NCBI GenBank assembly: GCA_958296245.1
Contig: OY282458.1
Span: 1,260,777-1,324,776 of the forward strand
Source of the DNA: an uncultured Dehalococcoidia bacterium
GTDB lineage: Bacteria > Chloroflexota > Dehalococcoidia > Lucifugimonadales > G958296245
Length of the DNA: 64,000 bases
Direction of reading: 5' to 3'
Every line of letters starts with the position of its first letter. Position 1 is the stretch's first letter. The position numbers and the translations under genes were made by a program. The notes under the pieces were generated by a model that was given only the letters and a program-made list of their open reading frames with translations, searched no databases and was not told where the DNA came from. Shown one piece after another: positions 6,699 to 16,798 of this stretch.

Positions 6699-9600
6699 TT
6701 GAACATCCTCCACGCCACGACCGATCCGCCGCTGCTGGCGCGCCTGAAGGAGATGCTGGGCAGTTCCTCGCGCGCCGACGTAGCCGTCGGCTACTTCTTC
6801 ATCAGCGGCTTCGAGGCCGTGGCCGACGACCTAGCGCGGCTGGACAAGGTGCGCGTCCTCGTCGGGCGCACCGATAGGCACGTCCTGGAGGAGGTCGCTT
6901 TGGGCCTTCAGCAGACGCAGGCGCTCCGCGCGCGCATCGACGCCGATGCGTTGGTACAGCGCAGCGAGCGAAGTCAGATCGCGCAACAGGCCGTCGCCCG
7001 CATCGCGGAGGGCGTATCCGTCCTACCTCAGGAGCGCGGGACCGAGTCCGCCGTGTCGAGGCTGCGGGACATGGTGGCCGTCAAGCGGGTCGAAGTGCGG
7101 GCATACCTGCGCAGTCCGCTGCACGCCAAGGCGTACCTGTGCTGGTACGACAACCACGCCGAACCCGGCGCCGCCGTCGTCGGCTCATCCAACCTCACGC
7201 TCGCCGGCTTCACCGGCAACACCGAGCTCAACGTGCGCGTCACCGGCGACGCGGAGATGTCGGCACTGCGCGACTGGTTTGACGCCCTGTGGGAAGACTC
7301 GGAGGACATCAGCGGCGCGCTGGTGACGGAGTTGGGGCGGTCGTGGGCGCTGGCGAAGACCCCGCCGTACCACGTCTATCTGAAGGCCCTCTACGAGCTC
7401 TACTACGCCGAGCTTGGCGGCGGCCCGTTGCCGGTCTCACCCCGCGACGAGGAGTTAGCCAACTTCCAGCTTGACGCCGTGAGCCTAGGCCTGTCCATGA
7501 TCGAGGCCCACGGCGGCTGCTATATCGGCGACGTGGTGGGTCTGGGCAAGACCTTCGTCGGCGCGGAGTTGCTGCGCCAGCTTCGAGTCAGCTATCCGAA
7601 CGACGGCCCGCCGCTCATCCTCTGCCCCGCCGGGCTGAAACCGATGTGGCAGGTCTTCAACGAGCGATTCGGCCTCGGGGCCGAGGTCGTGTCCCACAGC
7701 ATGATCACGGCCCCCCCGGAGGCCGAGTTCGACGAAGAGATGGGGCGTTACGTGGACGTCGACCCGTCCGGACACGGCATCGTGCTGGAGCGCGCTTACC
7801 CCAACCGAGGGCCGGTGCTTGTGGACGAAGCCCACAACTTCCGCAACGCGAACCGGCGGTCGAAGGGCCTGAGCGACTACCTGGAATCGGGCGATCATAA
7901 GGTGGTGCTGCTGAGCGCGACCCCCCAGAACCTGGGGCCGATGGACGTCTACCGCCAACTCAGGCTGTTCTTGGACGACACCGACCACGGCCTGAGCATA
8001 GAGCCCCTCAGCCTGGAGGCCTACTTCCGCAATGCCCAGAGGTGGCTGGAGTACCGCGCAGAGTACGAGAACTACGAGGCCGAGTTACGAATGCGGCGGG
8101 CCGGCGGCTCCATCGGGGCGTCCCCGGTGGAGCCCAACAAGCCGAACGTGCCCAAGGCGGAGATAGGCCAGGTGCTTTCCTCGGTCTTCATACGACGGAG
8201 GCGAAAGGACATACAGGACCTCTACGGCGACACGGCGATGGTCGACGGCAAGCCGGTGCGCTTCCCCGACCCGGTGCTGGACAACGAGGGGTACAGGCTC
8301 GACAAGGTGTACGCAAAGGCAGGCTCTCTCCAGGATCTGCAATGTCTGCTGCGCAAGCACAAGGCGGCGAGGTATCGTGCTACGGAGTACGTCAAGCCCG
8401 AGGTCAGGGAGAACCCCGAATACCGCGACCTGTTCCGGGCAAGGGACAGGATCGCCAGGCTGATGGGCGTGCTGCTCTTCAAGCGGTTGGAGTCGAGCAT
8501 CGAAGCGTTCCGCTCGACGCTGCACTCCCTGATGACCAGTAACCGCAACTTTCGGGAGGCGCTCGCGTCCGGCTATGTCCCCATCGGCAGCACGGCGACC
8601 CGCCTACTGTCCGGCCAGTCCTTCGACGTGGATGACCTCCTCGAGGTCCTGAGACAGGAGGAGGAGCGCCGCCGGCAGCTGGGCAGCGGGCGCGACAAGC
8701 TGGTACATGACTCCGGCGACTTCGAGGCCGACCGGTGGAAGGAAGACCTCGATGCGGACTTCGACCTGCTGAATGACGTCGTGCGTAGAGTCGAGGACAT
8801 CGGGCCGGGAGACGACGACAAGCTCCGGGCGCTGAGGGGTTTCCTGGACCGGCCCGAAGTTCGGGCGGGCAAGGTGCTGATCTTCTCCGAGGCCGAAAAG
8901 ACCGTCGAGTACCTGTACCGCGAGCTGAACCCCGGAGGCCGCGACCCGGAGATAACGCGGCTGACCGGGAGCACGAGCCACGATGCGGAGAACATCGTAA
9001 AGCGGTTTTCTCCAACGTGGAACTTGGCGCAGGGCGAGACGCTCCCCGGCCCTGAGGTCAGGGTGCTGTTGGCAACCGACGTCGTATCCGAGGGTCAGAA
9101 CCTACAGGATTGCGCTCGGGTGCTGAACTACGACCTGCACTGGAACCCGGTCCGGCTGATCCAGAGGTTTGGCCGCGTCGACCGCATCGGCGCCGAGCAT
9201 GAGGTGATCAACCTTCACAACATGTGGCCGGACGTGGAGGTCGACGCGGAGCTTTCGCTAACGGAACGGTTGCACGGGCGCATCCAATCGTTCCATGACC
9301 TGATAGGGCTGGATAGCAAGCTGCTGTCCGATGCCGAGAGGCTGAACGCCAACGCGATGTACCGCATCTACGAGGGCAAGAAGCTGCCTGAGATCGACGA
9401 CGGCCTGGACGAGGTGGCCGCGAATCAGCGGGCCATCACCCTGCTTCAGCGCATCCAGGAGGGCGACCCCGATCTGTGGCGTACGATCACGAGCTTGCCG
9501 GACGGGATACGGTCGGCCCTCCGGGTGCGGACCACGCAGGTTGAGGGTCCCAACGAGAGCTACGCGCAGAACGTACTGCCTATTGAAGGCGCGCAGGCGC

Positions 9601-10193
9601 CGCTCATGTCGCCGCAGACGTTCGCATCCATACCCTCGCCGTTCGACGACCCCAGGCAGGGTGAGACGCTGGTCCTGCTCAGCGCGGGAGGCGTCAGGAG
9701 CTGCTACGCCGTCGACGACAGCCTGCAGCCGCGCCCGATCAGCCCAGCCCAGTTCATAGCGGCGGCCGAATGCGGCCCCGAAACGCCGGCCGAGCAGCTG
9801 CCCGCAGACACGAACGAGCGTGTCATGGCGGCGTTCGAGGCCTTCAGAACGGACTTCCAGCGGCGGTTGGGCAGGGCCAGAAGGCCGCGCGATACCCGGG
9901 CGCGCCGGTACGTGTCACGCCATCTCGGCATAGCCATGCGCGAGGCCGGGCAGGACGGCGCGGCAATGCGCCGTATCGAGGTCCTCAGGCGGATATTCCT
10001 CGGGGACGTGTCGCCGCAGGTCGAGAGCGCCCTGGGTGAAATCAGGAATCTGAGGCTGGGAAGCCCAGTGTTGCTGACCCGGCTTGAGGCCCTGCGCGAG
10101 CGGTACCGCCTCAACCCCCGCGACGACTCCAAACGGTCACAGCCTCAGGAGCCGCAGATAATCCGCATTGTCTGCTCCGACGGCCTTGTGTGA
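6699..10193 (+). CDS. PLD (HKD) nuclease - SNF2-family helicase fusion protein
   Basis: 1164 aa. HKD-like LHAKAYLCWYD..VVGSSNLT at the N-terminus. SNF2 motifs VLVDEAHNFRN, LLSATPQN, LLATDVVSEGQNLQD, QRFGRVDRIG. Start is TTG 6699 or ATG ~6753. Confidence 0.85.
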   Translation: MNILHATTDPPLLARLKEMLGSSSRADVAVGYFFISGFEAVADDLARLDKVRVLVGRTDRHVLEEVALGLQQTQALRARIDADALVQRSERSQIAQQAVARIAEGVSVLPQERGTESAVSRLRDMVAVKRVEVRAYLRSPLHAKAYLCWYDNHAEPGAAVVGSSNLTLAGFTGNTELNVRVTGDAEMSALRDWFDALWEDSEDISGALVTELGRSWALAKTPPYHVYLKALYELYYAELGGGPLPVSPRDEELANFQLDAVSLGLSMIEAHGGCYIGDVVGLGKTFVGAELLRQLRVSYPNDGPPLILCPAGLKPMWQVFNERFGLGAEVVSHSMITAPPEAEFDEEMGRYVDVDPSGHGIVLERAYPNRGPVLVDEAHNFRNANRRSKGLSDYLESGDHKVVLLSATPQNLGPMDVYRQLRLFLDDTDHGLSIEPLSLEAYFRNAQRWLEYRAEYENYEAELRMRRAGGSIGASPVEPNKPNVPKAEIGQVLSSVFIRRRRKDIQDLYGDTAMVDGKPVRFPDPVLDNEGYRLDKVYAKAGSLQDLQCLLRKHKAARYRATEYVKPEVRENPEYRDLFRARDRIARLMGVLLFKRLESSIEAFRSTLHSLMTSNRNFREALASGYVPIGSTATRLLSGQSFDVDDLLEVLRQEEERRRQLGSGRDKLVHDSGDFEADRWKEDLDADFDLLNDVVRRVEDIGPGDDDKLRALRGFLDRPEVRAGKVLIFSEAEKTVEYLYRELNPGGRDPEITRLTGSTSHDAENIVKRFSPTWNLAQGETLPGPEVRVLLATDVVSEGQNLQDCARVLNYDLHWNPVRLIQRFGRVDRIGAEHEVINLHNMWPDVEVDAELSLTERLHGRIQSFHDLIGLDSKLLSDAERLNANAMYRIYEGKKLPEIDDGLDEVAANQRAITLLQRIQEGDPDLWRTITSLPDGIRSALRVRTTQVEGPNESYAQNVLPIEGAQAPLMSPQTFASIPSPFDDPRQGETLVLLSAGGVRSCYAVDDSLQPRPISPAQFIAAAECGPETPAEQLPADTNERVMAAFEAFRTDFQRRLGRARRPRDTRARRYVSRHLGIAMREAGQDGAAMRRIEVLRRIFLGDVSPQVESALGEIRNLRLGSPVLLTRLEALRERYRLNPRDDSKRSQPQEPQIIRIVCSDGLV

Positions 10194-10365
10194 GGTTTGG
10201 GACAGGGGAGTTGCCGGACCATCATAACCCGCTTCACCGCGCTCTCTAACGGGGTCTTTCTTCTCATTAGGCGGCGGACGTGAGGGAATCACCTGCATCT
10301 CTCACCAAGACCGAGCCGTCGCCGTGCGAGCCCAGGCGCTGTATTAAACGCCGTGAGAACGGTCG

Positions 10366-11568
10366 ATGAGTAGTCCGTTCGGCTTTTGGACGAGGGCGCC
10401 GCAGTCGCGCCGTGTGCTCCTCTTCGCCTCGGCGACCCACGTGTGGAGCGACTTGTTCTTCGCCCTGTACGCGCCTCTGCTGCCGCTCATCAAGGACGAT
10501 CTAGACCTCACCTTCACGCAGGCGGCTATGCTCAAGTCGCTGTACGTTGCGGCCTCTGCGGTCCTCCAAGTCCCGATGGGCTTCATGGCCGATAGAGTCG
10601 GCGAATTTTGGCTCCTCGTGGGCGGGAACGTCTGGGTAGCTCTGGGGCTGGTCGCCATGGCCCTTGCGCCGAGCTTCGGGGCGCTGCTGGCGTTCACCCT
10701 GCTGGGCGGACTCGGCGGCGGCACGCAACACCCGCTGGCGTCGGGCATGGTTTCCCGGGCCTACGATTCCAAGGCGCGCGCAACCGCCGTTGGAATCGTC
10801 AACTTCGCGGGTGACCTCGGCAAGATGGCAGCGCCGGCGACCGCTTTGATCGTGGCCGTCACCTACGACTGGCGCGGGGCGATGCTCATCACCGGAATTG
10901 CGGCGACAGCTTTCTTCCTGACGTCGGTCCTCATCCGGCGCAGTGTGGAGATCGGCACGCCTGGACCGGTTGGATCGGAGCAGCCAGGCGAGGGCGGTTT
11001 CCGAGGCGCAAGCACGGGGTTCAAGATCCTAAGCGTCGTCGGATTCATCGACTCTGCGATTCGCGCCGCCGCTTTGACATTCGTACCTTTCATTCTCGCG
11101 TACCGGGGGGTGGGGGAGTCAGAGGTATTCGTCATGCTCATCCTGTTGCTGGCTGGCGGAGCGTTCGGCAAGTACGCGTGCGGCTGGTTCAGCGAGCGCC
11201 ACGGACTCATTAGCATCGTATGGGTGACCAAGGCGTCGGCCGCTCTGCTGCTAGCCGCGACGGTCTTTGCGCCCATGGCCGCCATAGCGCCGTTGATGGT
11301 GCTGCTCGGCGTCGGGCTGAACGGGACGTCGTCGTCTCTCTACGCCACGGTCGCTATCTTCGCGTCGCAGGCGAGGCGCTCCCGCATGTACGGTTTCTTC
11401 TATACAACCAACGAGATAGGCGGCTTCATCGCGCCTCTCGCGTTTGGCCGTCTCGCGGACGCATTCAGCATAGGCGCCGCTATGGTCCTCATGGGGCTGT
11501 CCACCCTGTTCGTCCTACCCGTCAGCCTAGCACTCCGCCCACACCTCCGGGCGTCGCCGGCAAATTGA
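10366..11568 (+). CDS. MFS transporter
   Basis: 400 aa with ~12 hydrophobic segments and an MFS loop signature, MGFMADRVG. Confidence 0.8.
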   Translation: MSSPFGFWTRAPQSRRVLLFASATHVWSDLFFALYAPLLPLIKDDLDLTFTQAAMLKSLYVAASAVLQVPMGFMADRVGEFWLLVGGNVWVALGLVAMALAPSFGALLAFTLLGGLGGGTQHPLASGMVSRAYDSKARATAVGIVNFAGDLGKMAAPATALIVAVTYDWRGAMLITGIAATAFFLTSVLIRRSVEIGTPGPVGSEQPGEGGFRGASTGFKILSVVGFIDSAIRAAALTFVPFILAYRGVGESEVFVMLILLLAGGAFGKYACGWFSERHGLISIVWVTKASAALLLAATVFAPMAAIAPLMVLLGVGLNGTSSSLYATVAIFASQARRSRMYGFFYTTNEIGGFIAPLAFGRLADAFSIGAAMVLMGLSTLFVLPVSLALRPHLRASPAN

Positions 11569-11735
11569 ATTGGTAGTTGGGTGAGCGGCGAGACCGGACC
11601 GGATCTGGAATAGCGCGAGCCGCGAGGCCCTGCTGCCGGTTATTGCCGGGCGACAGGGGGCCGCTGCCGTCTGAGAGGCGGGTAGGGAACCGCAGCCGCT
11701 CCCCGCGTTATCTTGAAGCTCTCGCCCCGTTGCCG

Positions 11736-12686
11736 CTACGCGGGGACTCCGGCCGGCTCCGGCACCGGCCAGCCCGCGCCCCTCAGCGCGGCCCTGATCA
11801 GGTCGAGCTCACCCTCCGTGAGCGGCAGCGATGGAGGCCGTTGCGAACCCACGGGCCGACCCATGACCGCCATCACCCCCTTCTTCATGCGGGCCTGCCC
11901 CCCCGAGCGCGTGGCTAACTCCGCGTAGAGCTCGTCCAGCGGGGCGGTTAGCCTCTCCCACATCTGCCGGGCCTCCTCGTACTGCCCCGATTCCAGAAGC
12001 TCCAGGATGCGCAGCTCGTACGCAGGGTAGGCCGTCGCCTGGTGGTCCAAGAAGCCGTGGCCGCCGTTCTGGTAGCACCTCACCGGCTGGTTGGTGTTGT
12101 CCAGAATGTTGAAGTCCGCCGTCAACTCCGCCATCGACTCATAGGGAACGTCAGCGGGGGAGTTCCACTTGATGGCCATGATCTGCTCGAAGCCCGCCAT
12201 CTTCTTGAAGGTGTCCACCTCGATGCGGCAATGAGGCATCCAGTGGGAATGGTAGATCATCACCCCTATGTCGATCGCGTCGGACAGGGCCTCGAAGTAC
12301 CTCAGCATGTCGTCCTGTGTCGGATCGTTGTACATCGGGGGCGACACCTGGAGGCCGAGGGCGCCAAGGTCCTGCGCCTTCTTTGCGTCCTCTATCGTCC
12401 GAATGGTGTCCTTGTCGTGGATACCGGCGATGACCGGCACCCTGCCGGCGGCGGCCTGCGCGACCGTGCTCACGAGAGGGCCGAACTCCGCCTCCCTGAG
12501 TTGGGGCACCTCTCCCATGACCGACGCTATCTTGATGCACGCCTTCCCGTTCACCAACCCGCTCTCTACCCACCACTGAGTCAACTCGTACATCTTCCCC
12601 AAGTCCAGCTCGTAGCTGTCGTCCATGGGCGTCGTCGTAGCGACGATGACCCCTCGCAGCAGTTCCCGAAGCTCGTCCCTATTCAT
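11736..12686 (-). CDS. Dihydrodipicolinate synthase family (class I aldolase) protein
   Basis: 316 aa with DapA-like layout (..GVIVATTTPM.., ..VPVIAGI.., ..AIKWNS.. candidate Schiff-base Lys). Confidence 0.75.
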   Translation of the reverse strand: MNRDELRELLRGVIVATTTPMDDSYELDLGKMYELTQWWVESGLVNGKACIKIASVMGEVPQLREAEFGPLVSTVAQAAAGRVPVIAGIHDKDTIRTIEDAKKAQDLGALGLQVSPPMYNDPTQDDMLRYFEALSDAIDIGVMIYHSHWMPHCRIEVDTFKKMAGFEQIMAIKWNSPADVPYESMAELTADFNILDNTNQPVRCYQNGGHGFLDHQATAYPAYELRILELLESGQYEEARQMWERLTAPLDELYAELATRSGGQARMKKGVMAVMGRPVGSQRPPSLPLTEGELDLIRAALRGAGWPVPEPAGVPA

Positions 12687-12735
12687 AGCGTGCCCTCCTT
12701 GAATTCATGGATCGGGGGTTCGCGGCTCGCGCAGC

Positions 12736-13557
12736 CTACAAACCGGACGGTATGCCGAACGGCTTGTCGACGCGGTGTCCCGGCATAGGCCAGCCTTGGC
12801 CCCCTATGGTCCCGTACTTGTCGTGCTCGCCGCGCATCCACAACAGCATCTCCGCCGCGTCGTAGCAGTCCCTGAACTGCTGCCGGTAGGTGGGAGCCGG
12901 CGACCCATAGTCCGCGGCCACCAGATCGAACGACGGCTCTATTACCCAATCCCGCCTCGGCTTCGCGGTGCGGAAGTAGTTGTACTTCAGGTTATGCCGC
13001 ACTCCGGCCCCCGTGGACTCCGAGCGCCGGTGCCAGATGGCGTAGTTGGTGATCAGGATGGAACCCGCCGGGGCCGCGGCACAAACAGACCCCCGTATCC
13101 GCCCCAAGTGCCGCATGTAGTCCCGATGTGAATATAGGAAGTGGGAGCCGGGGAGCAACTCCGTCGGGCCGAGTTCGCGCGGGGAGTCCTGGGGCAGATA
13201 GAAGACCTGCAGGTAGTTCAGCTCAGGGCCGTAGACCGACCCGCCGTCGGTGTGCCACTCCTGCGCGGGCATAGGGCAGTCGGTGCGGTGGCTGCTCATC
13301 AGTATGGGTAAGCCGAAGTCCTTCCCAAGCAGCGACCTGACCGCCCCGGCCGCAGCCGGATTCAGTATGACCCCGTCGACGAACCAACCCTCATGCAGTA
13401 TCTCCGACGGCTCGATGCCAGGATGCGCCTCCACGTACTCAATGGATCGGCTGTTGACCTCTTCGGAGATGACCCCCGGCAGCAGCAAGAAGCCCTGCTT
13501 GCAGAACTCCAGCACCTGGCTGTCGTTCAAGGTAGGCTCGCAATCGTGAGTCTTCAT
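12736..13557 (-). CDS. Phytanoyl-CoA dioxygenase (PhyH) family protein
   Basis: 273 aa with 2-His-1-carboxylate-like EWHTDGG and distal IWHRRSEST. Confidence 0.75.
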   Translation of the reverse strand: MKTHDCEPTLNDSQVLEFCKQGFLLLPGVISEEVNSRSIEYVEAHPGIEPSEILHEGWFVDGVILNPAAAGAVRSLLGKDFGLPILMSSHRTDCPMPAQEWHTDGGSVYGPELNYLQVFYLPQDSPRELGPTELLPGSHFLYSHRDYMRHLGRIRGSVCAAAPAGSILITNYAIWHRRSESTGAGVRHNLKYNYFRTAKPRRDWVIEPSFDLVAADYGSPAPTYRQQFRDCYDAAEMLLWMRGEHDKYGTIGGQGWPMPGHRVDKPFGIPSGL

Positions 13558-13567
13558 GATCCACCCC

Positions 13568-13915
13568 CTACCTTTCTAGGATGAAGTCGCATCCCAGGCC
13601 GTAAGACCGCTTGTCGTCGAGCATCAACGCGAGCTCCGGGAACTTGATCACCCTCCAGCCGTCCCTCACCGCGTCCAGCACCGTCTCATAGGGCCAGTCC
13701 GAGGGGTCCTCCGGCCCGTCCCGCATCTCGCCGTTCTCGACGATCCTCATACCGAGCAGCGCCGAACTGAGCGAGTTCGTTTCGGCCTGGAGGTACAGGA
13801 GGTCCTGCGGCTTGCCCGCGAGCTCCGGGATGCGCCGCAATGCATCCTCCGTGAGGACGCCCCGGCGAAGATCTCCGATGCACTGCTCGACCTGCCGCCT
13901 CGCTTGCTGATTCAT
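13568..13915 (-). CDS. Hypothetical protein
   Basis: 115-aa ORF filling the gap between two same-strand genes. Normal composition; no motif recognised. Confidence 0.4.
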   Translation of the reverse strand: MNQQARRQVEQCIGDLRRGVLTEDALRRIPELAGKPQDLLYLQAETNSLSSALLGMRIVENGEMRDGPEDPSDWPYETVLDAVRDGWRVIKFPELALMLDDKRSYGLGCDFILER

Positions 13916-13942
13916 GGTGGCCCCCCGATAATGCCGCCCGGC

Positions 13943-15004
13943 CTACAGCGGCAACGGCACCTTCATGCCTGTCTGAGCGCTGCGCGTGACCGCCTCGGTG
14001 AACTCCATGTACCGCACCCCGTCCTCGAAGGTCGTGTGCTTTACATGCTCAACGCCTCGGATGGCGTTGATGAACTCCTCCTCGACACGCCACTTGCCGA
14101 CCTTCTCCGGGGGGATCGGGAGCTTCTGAAGCCCCGAATCGCCGCGCCTGCCGCCGTACAGCGTACAGTTGCCGTTGCCCGCCTTTGGACTCATGCCTAT
14201 GTCAACCCGCAGATTGCCCTCGGAGCCGAAGAGCATCGCCCTCGCCTCCGGCATTAGCCCGACGAGTTCCGTGAACCTCAGGTGCGCCGCCGGCCCCGAC
14301 GCCATCTCACACAGAACGTCCACGTGGTCCGGAATGGTGGTCACCCTCTGCCGCCCCTCGGCATCCACGCGCCTGGGCACGAAGACCCTCGTCTGGGCCG
14401 TGACCGACGTGGGAGGCCCGAGCCAGCGCATGAAGCACTCGAAGACGGCGCCCATCAACATGATGTTGTAGCCGCTCATGTCCCTGTCGTTCCGCCAAGT
14501 GTAGGGCGCCTCACGGTTCATGAACCCCCCGTGGACCGCAAGATCCGCCACTACCACCTCCCCGAGGTAGCCATCGGTGATCATGTCTATGATCGTCCGG
14601 TCCACCTGGAACGTGAAGTCGGCGGGCACGACTTGGGCCACCAGATCAGGATTCTCCAAGGACGCCTCGAGCATCTCGTGCGCCTCCGAGGCGTTCATTG
14701 CCATCCGCGCCTCCGTCAGCACGTGCTTGCCCGCGTCGAGGGCGTCCAGCACAAGGGTGCGGTGCATGTACGGCCACGTCCCGATGCAGATGGCGTCCAC
14801 GTCGGGGTCGTCGATAATATCCGCCCACGTGTCGGCCACGGTGGGTATCCCGAACCGGTCTGCGACTCGCTGGCCCGACTCGCGGCTCCGGTTCGCCACG
14901 GCGGCCACCTCTACGCCGTCGATGGCCTGGAAGCCGGGAATGTGCATCAGCGTCGTATTGGTTCCCGCGCCAATGACGCCGATTCGGATCGTCTCCTCAC
15001 TCAT
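13943..15004 (-). CDS. Gfo/Idh/MocA family oxidoreductase
   Basis: 353 aa with N-terminal Rossmann IRIGVIGAGTNTTLMHIPGF. Confidence 0.85.
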   Translation of the reverse strand: MSEETIRIGVIGAGTNTTLMHIPGFQAIDGVEVAAVANRSRESGQRVADRFGIPTVADTWADIIDDPDVDAICIGTWPYMHRTLVLDALDAGKHVLTEARMAMNASEAHEMLEASLENPDLVAQVVPADFTFQVDRTIIDMITDGYLGEVVVADLAVHGGFMNREAPYTWRNDRDMSGYNIMLMGAVFECFMRWLGPPTSVTAQTRVFVPRRVDAEGRQRVTTIPDHVDVLCEMASGPAAHLRFTELVGLMPEARAMLFGSEGNLRVDIGMSPKAGNGNCTLYGGRRGDSGLQKLPIPPEKVGKWRVEEEFINAIRGVEHVKHTTFEDGVRYMEFTEAVTRSAQTGMKVPLPL

Positions 15005-15267
15005 GTGGGCCCGCTCCTAGGGTTATGGATAGGTCTGTGTAACGGCTCAGATTATATGCCAGCCGGTGATGGGAGTCCATACGCCCGCTGCCGCGGCGCT
15101 CAGCCGACCCCTCTCGTAACCGGGTGGCGGAGCCGTGCATTTGCCGGCCGCGCCTGATGCTATAATCAAGACGTGACCCCTTCCTGCAATGAGGGGATTC
15201 AAGCAGGGTAGGGAAGGACCCTTTCGCAGCCTGCCCAGAATGCGTCCGCGCTTGGAGGGACCCTGAG

Positions 15268-16428
15268 TTGAAGATCACCGACCTAAAGATATGGGTCACG
15301 ATGCCCGAAGGGGCCCGCTCGTACGTCTTCCTGCAACTCGACACCGACGAGGGGATAAGCGGCGTGGGCGAGGCCACCAGCTCGGGCGGAGGCGGCAGTA
15401 TAGTCGTCGGCAACATGGCCCGGCTGCTCAGGGATTCTACCGTCGCCCAGGACTTCCGCGATTCCCTGATAGGCGAAAACCCTGACCATATCGACAGCAT
15501 ATGGCACAAGCTGTACCGTAGGTTCACCGGCGGAGGCGGACGCGGCGGGTTCGTTACGACCCTGCTCAGCGGCATCGACATCGCTCTGTGGGACATCAAG
15601 GGCAAGGTGATGGGCAGGCCCGTCTACGAACTGTTCGGCGGGCCGGTCTGGGACCGGGCGCCCTTATACACCCACGTCAACGCCGGCGACCCGCTGAAGG
15701 CCGCACAGGAGGCCAGGGACCGCGTTGCCGAGGGCTACTCCGCTCTCAAGACCGACCCGTTCATGCACGAGATGCACCGTCACCACCGCCGCTACCTGAA
15801 CGGCGCGATCTCCCAGGACGGCGCGGCCCTTGGCATAGATACGGTAGCCGCCGTACGCGAGGCCGTAGGCCCCAGCGTGGAAGTGCTGATCGACGCCCAC
15901 GGAAACTTCAACGTGCCTACCGCCATCGACCTAGCCAAACGCCTGGAGCCTTACAACATTACTTGGTTCGAGGAGCCGGTGCAGCCGGACAGCCTGGACG
16001 CGCTGAGGCACGTCAAGGAGAACGTCGGAGTTCCCATATGCGTGGGCGAGCGCCTCTATACCCGCTGGGACTTCGCCCCTGTGCTCGCCGCGCGGCTGGC
16101 CGAGTACGTCATGCCCGACGTGGTCTGGACCGGCGGCATCAGCGAACTGCGTAAGATTGCCAACCTCGCGGAGGTCTACTACGTGCCGGTGAGCCCGCAC
16201 GACGCATCGGGCCCGGTGAATATCCTGGCAGGCGCGCACACGATGATGACCGTTCCCAATTTCTACCGCGTGGAGATCGCCACCGGGGTGCTCGACCTCT
16301 ATTCCCGCATGGTCTCGCCCCCCCTCGACGTCAGAGACGGTTACCTCTACCTATCGGACAGGCCGGGCCTTGGCGTCGAGCTGAATACCGCCTATCTCGA
16401 CGCCAACGTCGACCCGGATTGGGCGTGA
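15268..16428 (+). CDS. Enolase superfamily (mandelate racemase/muconate lactonizing, D-galactonate dehydratase-like) enzyme
   Basis: 386 aa. MKITDLKIWV.., ..ALWDIKGK..G.PVYELFGG.., ..ITWFEEP.., ..GERLYT... TTG start. Confidence 0.85.
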   Translation: MKITDLKIWVTMPEGARSYVFLQLDTDEGISGVGEATSSGGGGSIVVGNMARLLRDSTVAQDFRDSLIGENPDHIDSIWHKLYRRFTGGGGRGGFVTTLLSGIDIALWDIKGKVMGRPVYELFGGPVWDRAPLYTHVNAGDPLKAAQEARDRVAEGYSALKTDPFMHEMHRHHRRYLNGAISQDGAALGIDTVAAVREAVGPSVEVLIDAHGNFNVPTAIDLAKRLEPYNITWFEEPVQPDSLDALRHVKENVGVPICVGERLYTRWDFAPVLAARLAEYVMPDVVWTGGISELRKIANLAEVYYVPVSPHDASGPVNILAGAHTMMTVPNFYRVEIATGVLDLYSRMVSPPLDVRDGYLYLSDRPGLGVELNTAYLDANVDPDWA

Positions 16429-16775
16429 GCTGCGGAATGCATGAGATGGGCAGTACCGCCAAGGTCAAGTCTCTGGAGATCTCCGACGACGGCGTCGTAA
16501 CCGTGGAGTGGGGGGACGGGCACCGCAGCCAGTACGACCCGAAGTATCTGCGGCTCAACTGCGCCTGCGCCGAGTGCATCGAGGAATGGAGCCGGCGGCA
16601 ACTCCTGGACCCGGCTACGGTGCCGGCCGACATCCGCGCCGAGGATTATCTGATGGTGGGCAGGTACGCGGTACAGTTCCTCTGGACCGACGGCCACTAC
16701 ACCGGCATATACCCCTTCAAGATGCTCCGCAGCCTATGTAGGTGCCGCCCGTGCCAGGACGCGAAAGGGAAATGA
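16419..16775 (+). CDS. DUF971 (gamma-butyrobetaine hydroxylase-like N-terminal) domain protein
   Basis: ..VEWGDGHRSQYDPKYLRLNCACAEC.. and ..FLWTDGHYTGIYPFKMLRSLC.. The true start may be an internal Met. Confidence 0.7.
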   Translation: MGVSCGMHEMGSTAKVKSLEISDDGVVTVEWGDGHRSQYDPKYLRLNCACAECIEEWSRRQLLDPATVPADIRAEDYLMVGRYAVQFLWTDGHYTGIYPFKMLRSLCRCRPCQDAKGK

Positions 16776-16798
16776 CCGCCGCCCGGCAACCTGGCCCT

